In this document: one piece after another, positions 29,147-32,000 of the stretch | How positions within the stretch are numbered: the first letter of the stretch is position 1 | How the letters are laid out: each line of letters begins with the position of its first letter | From: Wigglesworthia glossinidia endosymbiont of Glossina morsitans morsitans (Yale colony) | Lineage (GTDB): Bacteria > Pseudomonadota > Gammaproteobacteria > Enterobacterales > Enterobacteriaceae | Length of the DNA: 32,000 nt | Reading direction: 5' to 3' | Assembly (NCBI RefSeq): GCF_000247565.1 | Contig: NC_016893.1 | Coordinates: forward strand, 360,001 to 392,000 | Made by a program: the position numbers and the translations under genes | Notes under the pieces: model-generated | What the model saw: only the letters and a program-made list of their open reading frames with translations | Databases searched by the model: none | Told to the model about the DNA's origin: nothing

Positions 29147-30490
29147 ATGCTGCATTTTTTTTTAAATTGTTTTCTATTTTTAATTTCCATAGGAATGTTA
29201 ATTACTATACACGAATTCGGTCATTTTTGGATAGCTAGGAAATTTGGTGTACATGTTGAAAAATTTTCAATTGGCATAGGAAAAGTGATTTGGAATTTTT
29301 TTGATAAAAAAGGTACTGAATATGCAATTTCTATATTCCCTTTAGGGGGATATGTAAAAATGTTAGATGTAAATTCAAATTTTACACCTAATAAAAAATT
29401 TCAAACATTTTCTGAACAATCTTTTTGGAAAAAGTTTATTATCATACTGTCAGGTCCATTACACAATTTTTTATTTTCTATTATATTGTTTTGGGGCATT
29501 TTTATGTTAGGAATGCCTTCATACAAAATTATTATTCAAGATGTCATTCCTAATTCTGAAGCTGATCAACTAGGTATTAGTGCTAATATGGAGATAAAAA
29601 AAATTAATGATATTAAAGTATTAGATTGGAATAACATTTATGAAAATTTTAAAAAAGATACAATTTTAATAAAATTAATACATCCTAACAATTTTATTAC
29701 TATTGAAAAAAAGATAAAACTTAAAAATATAAAGTTAAACTTAAATTATGATGATCCTATAATAAATTTTGGAATAATTCCATTAATTCCAAATGTTAGC
29801 ACTCGTATAGAATCTATTGCATTAAATTCTCCTGCTATGCAATCTGATTTTCAAAAAGATGACAAGATTATTAAAATTAATAATGTTGAGATCAAAGATT
29901 CTTGGTATTTATTATCTTATATTCTTCGTAAAAATCCTAATAAAACACTTATAATAGATATCGAACGTAATAACAAAATTATACAAAAAAAAGTTTTATC
30001 TGGTACTAAAATTGTTAATAATGTTCAAGAAGGTTTTTTGGGAATTACTCCAAAAATGCAACCGATTATAGAAAAACATAAAACACTCATATATTATAAT
30101 CCAATAACAGCACTATATATGTCCTGTAAAAAAGTAGTGCATGTTATATGCATGATATTGAAAATGTTAGTAAAATTATGTATAGGTCAACTAAGCTTGA
30201 ACAATTTAAGCGGACCTATTTCGATAGCAAAAGGAATGTCGGATTCTATTCATCATGGAATAGTATATTACATAATATTTTTATCACTTATTAGCATTAA
30301 TTTAGGAGTTATCAATTTAATACCCGTTCCTGTTTTAGATGGAGGGCATATTTTATTTTTAATAATTGAAAAATGTTTACGCTCTCCAATACCTAAAAAA
30401 GTACAAATAATTAGTTATCAAATTGGTTTTACTATCATAATAGTATTAATGACTGTAGCAATCTTAAATGATTTTTTTAAATTAAAATAA
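29147..30490 (+). CDS. rseP: RIP metalloprotease RseP
   Basis: ITIHEFGHFWIARKFGVHVEKFSIGIGK (HEXXH), YAISIFPLGGYVKMLD, LSGPISIAKG, INLIPVPVLDGGHILFLIIE. Confidence 0.96.
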   Translation: MLHFFLNCFLFLISIGMLITIHEFGHFWIARKFGVHVEKFSIGIGKVIWNFFDKKGTEYAISIFPLGGYVKMLDVNSNFTPNKKFQTFSEQSFWKKFIIILSGPLHNFLFSIILFWGIFMLGMPSYKIIIQDVIPNSEADQLGISANMEIKKINDIKVLDWNNIYENFKKDTILIKLIHPNNFITIEKKIKLKNIKLNLNYDDPIINFGIIPLIPNVSTRIESIALNSPAMQSDFQKDDKIIKINNVEIKDSWYLLSYILRKNPNKTLIIDIERNNKIIQKKVLSGTKIVNNVQEGFLGITPKMQPIIEKHKTLIYYNPITALYMSCKKVVHVICMILKMLVKLCIGQLSLNNLSGPISIAKGMSDSIHHGIVYYIIFLSLISINLGVINLIPVPVLDGGHILFLIIEKCLRSPIPKKVQIISYQIGFTIIIVLMTVAILNDFFKLK

Positions 30491-30520
30491 AAATATTATT
30501 AATTTGTTAAAAAAATTAAT

Positions 30521-32000
30521 ATGTATATAAAATATTCTTATTTAATAATTTTAATATGCATCAAATTTTCTTTTGCTATTTCTCAGAACGAAAATCAGTT
30601 TGTAGTAAAAAAAATTGTTTTTCAAGGATTAGATAAAGTTCTCGAAGAACATATGTTAATAAATTTGCCAATACAAGTCGGACAAATAGCAACATCAGAA
30701 AAAATATCAGAAATAATACGAAGTTTATTTAAAACTAATTTCTTTAAAAATATTAAAATATTAAAAAATAATAATACTTTAATTATACAAGTTGAAGAAT
30801 GTGCAATTATTAAAGATATTATTTTTTCAGGAAATTTCACTTTAAAAAAAAGTATATTAAAATCTTTATTACAAGATAAAAATATCCAGATCGAAGCTCC
30901 TCTATATCCTGCATCTATATTTCAAATAAAAAAAGCTTTAAAGAATTTTTATGTATTTTTAGGAAAAGAAAATACTAAAATTCACATCAATACATATTTT
31001 TTGCCAAAAAATTTGGTTACATTAAATATTAACATTCTTGAAAGTAAAAATGTTTTTATAAAAAAAATTGACATAATCGGCAATAAAAAATTTAAAAAAA
31101 AACAACTAATAAAAAAAATTGAATTATGTGAAAACAATTTTATTTCAAATTTATTTGAAACATGTATTTACAAAAAAAATCAAATTCTTCAAGCTCAAAA
31201 AGATTTACACCATTTTTACTTAAGTCGAGGATATATTGATTTTAATGTTCGATCTATAGAAACTAATATTACTGAAGACTATAAATTCGCTGATATCACT
31301 TTTAATATCTATGAAGGTGATATCTTTAAAATTTCTAAAATATTTTTTTTAGAAAATATAATTAAAACTTCAAAAGAAGTTAATATGTTTGCACAATCTA
31401 TTATTAATAAAACGTATAATGAAAACAGTATTATTAAATTAAAAAATATAATTAAAAATTTTTTAGAAATACACGGTTATAACAATCCAAAAATCTTTTT
31501 AGAAATACAAAAAAATTATTCTGACTTGACTGCTCAAATTTTTGTACATATAGATCTTGGAAAGCGTTTATATGTACATCGTATTTATTTTACTGGGTAT
31601 GAATCAACACGAGAAATTGTATTTAGAAGAGAATTAACACAATTGGAAGGCGATTTATTAAAGATTTCTAACGTTAAACAAGATATCAAAAAAATCAATA
31701 ATCTTAAGTATGCAGAAGTAACAGATATTAAAATTGAAGATAATATAAATATTCCTAATCATGTTAACATTTATTATCATATAAAAGAACATGCAATTGG
31801 AAAAATAGATTTTGGCATAGGTTTTGGAATACGCAATGGAATACAATTTCATTTAGGAATACAAAAAGATAATTTATTTGATAACGGAAGTTTTTTACAA
31901 ATGTATAGCGAAAAAAATCCTTATCAAACATATTTAGAATTATTTCTTTTGAGTCCATACCTCAAAACAAATGGATTATATTTAAAAAGCAAAATTTTTT
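30521..32000 (+). CDS. bamA: Outer membrane protein assembly factor BamA, 3'-truncated by the window edge (absent from the ORF list because no stop lies in the window)
   Basis: Manual translation from ATG 30521: MYIKYSYLIILICIKFSFAISQNENQFVVKKIVFQGLDKV..., later GKRLYVHRIYFTGYESTREIVFRRELTQLEG and IGKIDFGIGFGIRNGIQFHLGIQKDNLFDNG; POTRA-like repeats; follows rseP. Confidence 0.93.
   Translation, partial: MYIKYSYLIILICIKFSFAISQNENQFVVKKIVFQGLDKVLEEHMLINLPIQVGQIATSEKISEIIRSLFKTNFFKNIKILKNNNTLIIQVEECAIIKDIIFSGNFTLKKSILKSLLQDKNIQIEAPLYPASIFQIKKALKNFYVFLGKENTKIHINTYFLPKNLVTLNINILESKNVFIKKIDIIGNKKFKKKQLIKKIELCENNFISNLFETCIYKKNQILQAQKDLHHFYLSRGYIDFNVRSIETNITEDYKFADITFNIYEGDIFKISKIFFLENIIKTSKEVNMFAQSIINKTYNENSIIKLKNIIKNFLEIHGYNNPKIFLEIQKNYSDLTAQIFVHIDLGKRLYVHRIYFTGYESTREIVFRRELTQLEGDLLKISNVKQDIKKINNLKYAEVTDIKIEDNINIPNHVNIYYHIKEHAIGKIDFGIGFGIRNGIQFHLGIQKDNLFDNGSFLQMYSEKNPYQTYLELFLLSPYLKTNGLYLKSKIF

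Noticed and set aside
30622-31958. Minus-strand ORFs 30622..30840, 31658..31852 and 31764..31958
   Set aside because: All lie opposite bamA, whose plus-strand frame continues to the window edge; low-complexity translations.
1-32000. CRISPR arrays, IS elements, prophage, toxin-antitoxin, secondary-metabolite or defence systems
   Set aside because: Looked for spaced direct repeats, transposase/integrase-like proteins and unfamiliar gene clusters; none found. Every sizeable non-antisense ORF is assignable to a core housekeeping family or MarR/MarC.

Overview
The window reads as a segment of a highly reduced, very AT-rich gammaproteobacterial (Enterobacterales-type) insect-endosymbiont-like chromosome. 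This rests on gene content, preserved E. coli-like micro-synteny, AT-skewed coding and long AT-only spacers; I cannot fix genus or species from sequence alone. In order it contains tolQ (5' cut by window edge)-tolR-tolA-tolB-pal-cpoB (frameshifted)-tRNA-Lys(TTT); prmB-aroC-fabB; an isolated MarR-family regulator between long AT-rich spacers; gmk-rpoZ; rpmG/rpmB (minus); coaBC-dut; pyrE (minus); tRNA-Pro(GGG) (minus); tilS; prlC (minus); marC (minus); tRNA-Phe(GAA), cutA, aspA (minus); dapD, map (minus); rpsB-tsf-[pyrH missing]-frr-dxr-uppS-cdsA-rseP-bamA (3' cut by window edge). There is no sign of mobile elements, CRISPR arrays, phage, toxin clusters or a new multigene system. The most useful second-look items are: a two-frame cpoB with the shift at a TATATA tract; a cdsA whose conserved N-terminus has no ATG/GTG/TTG start (ATT or CTG implied); loss of pyrH from the tsf-frr interval, which now carries a perfect 17-bp inverted repeat; a 25-nt rpmB/rpmG overlap; and an orphan MarR-family gene with nearby palindromes.
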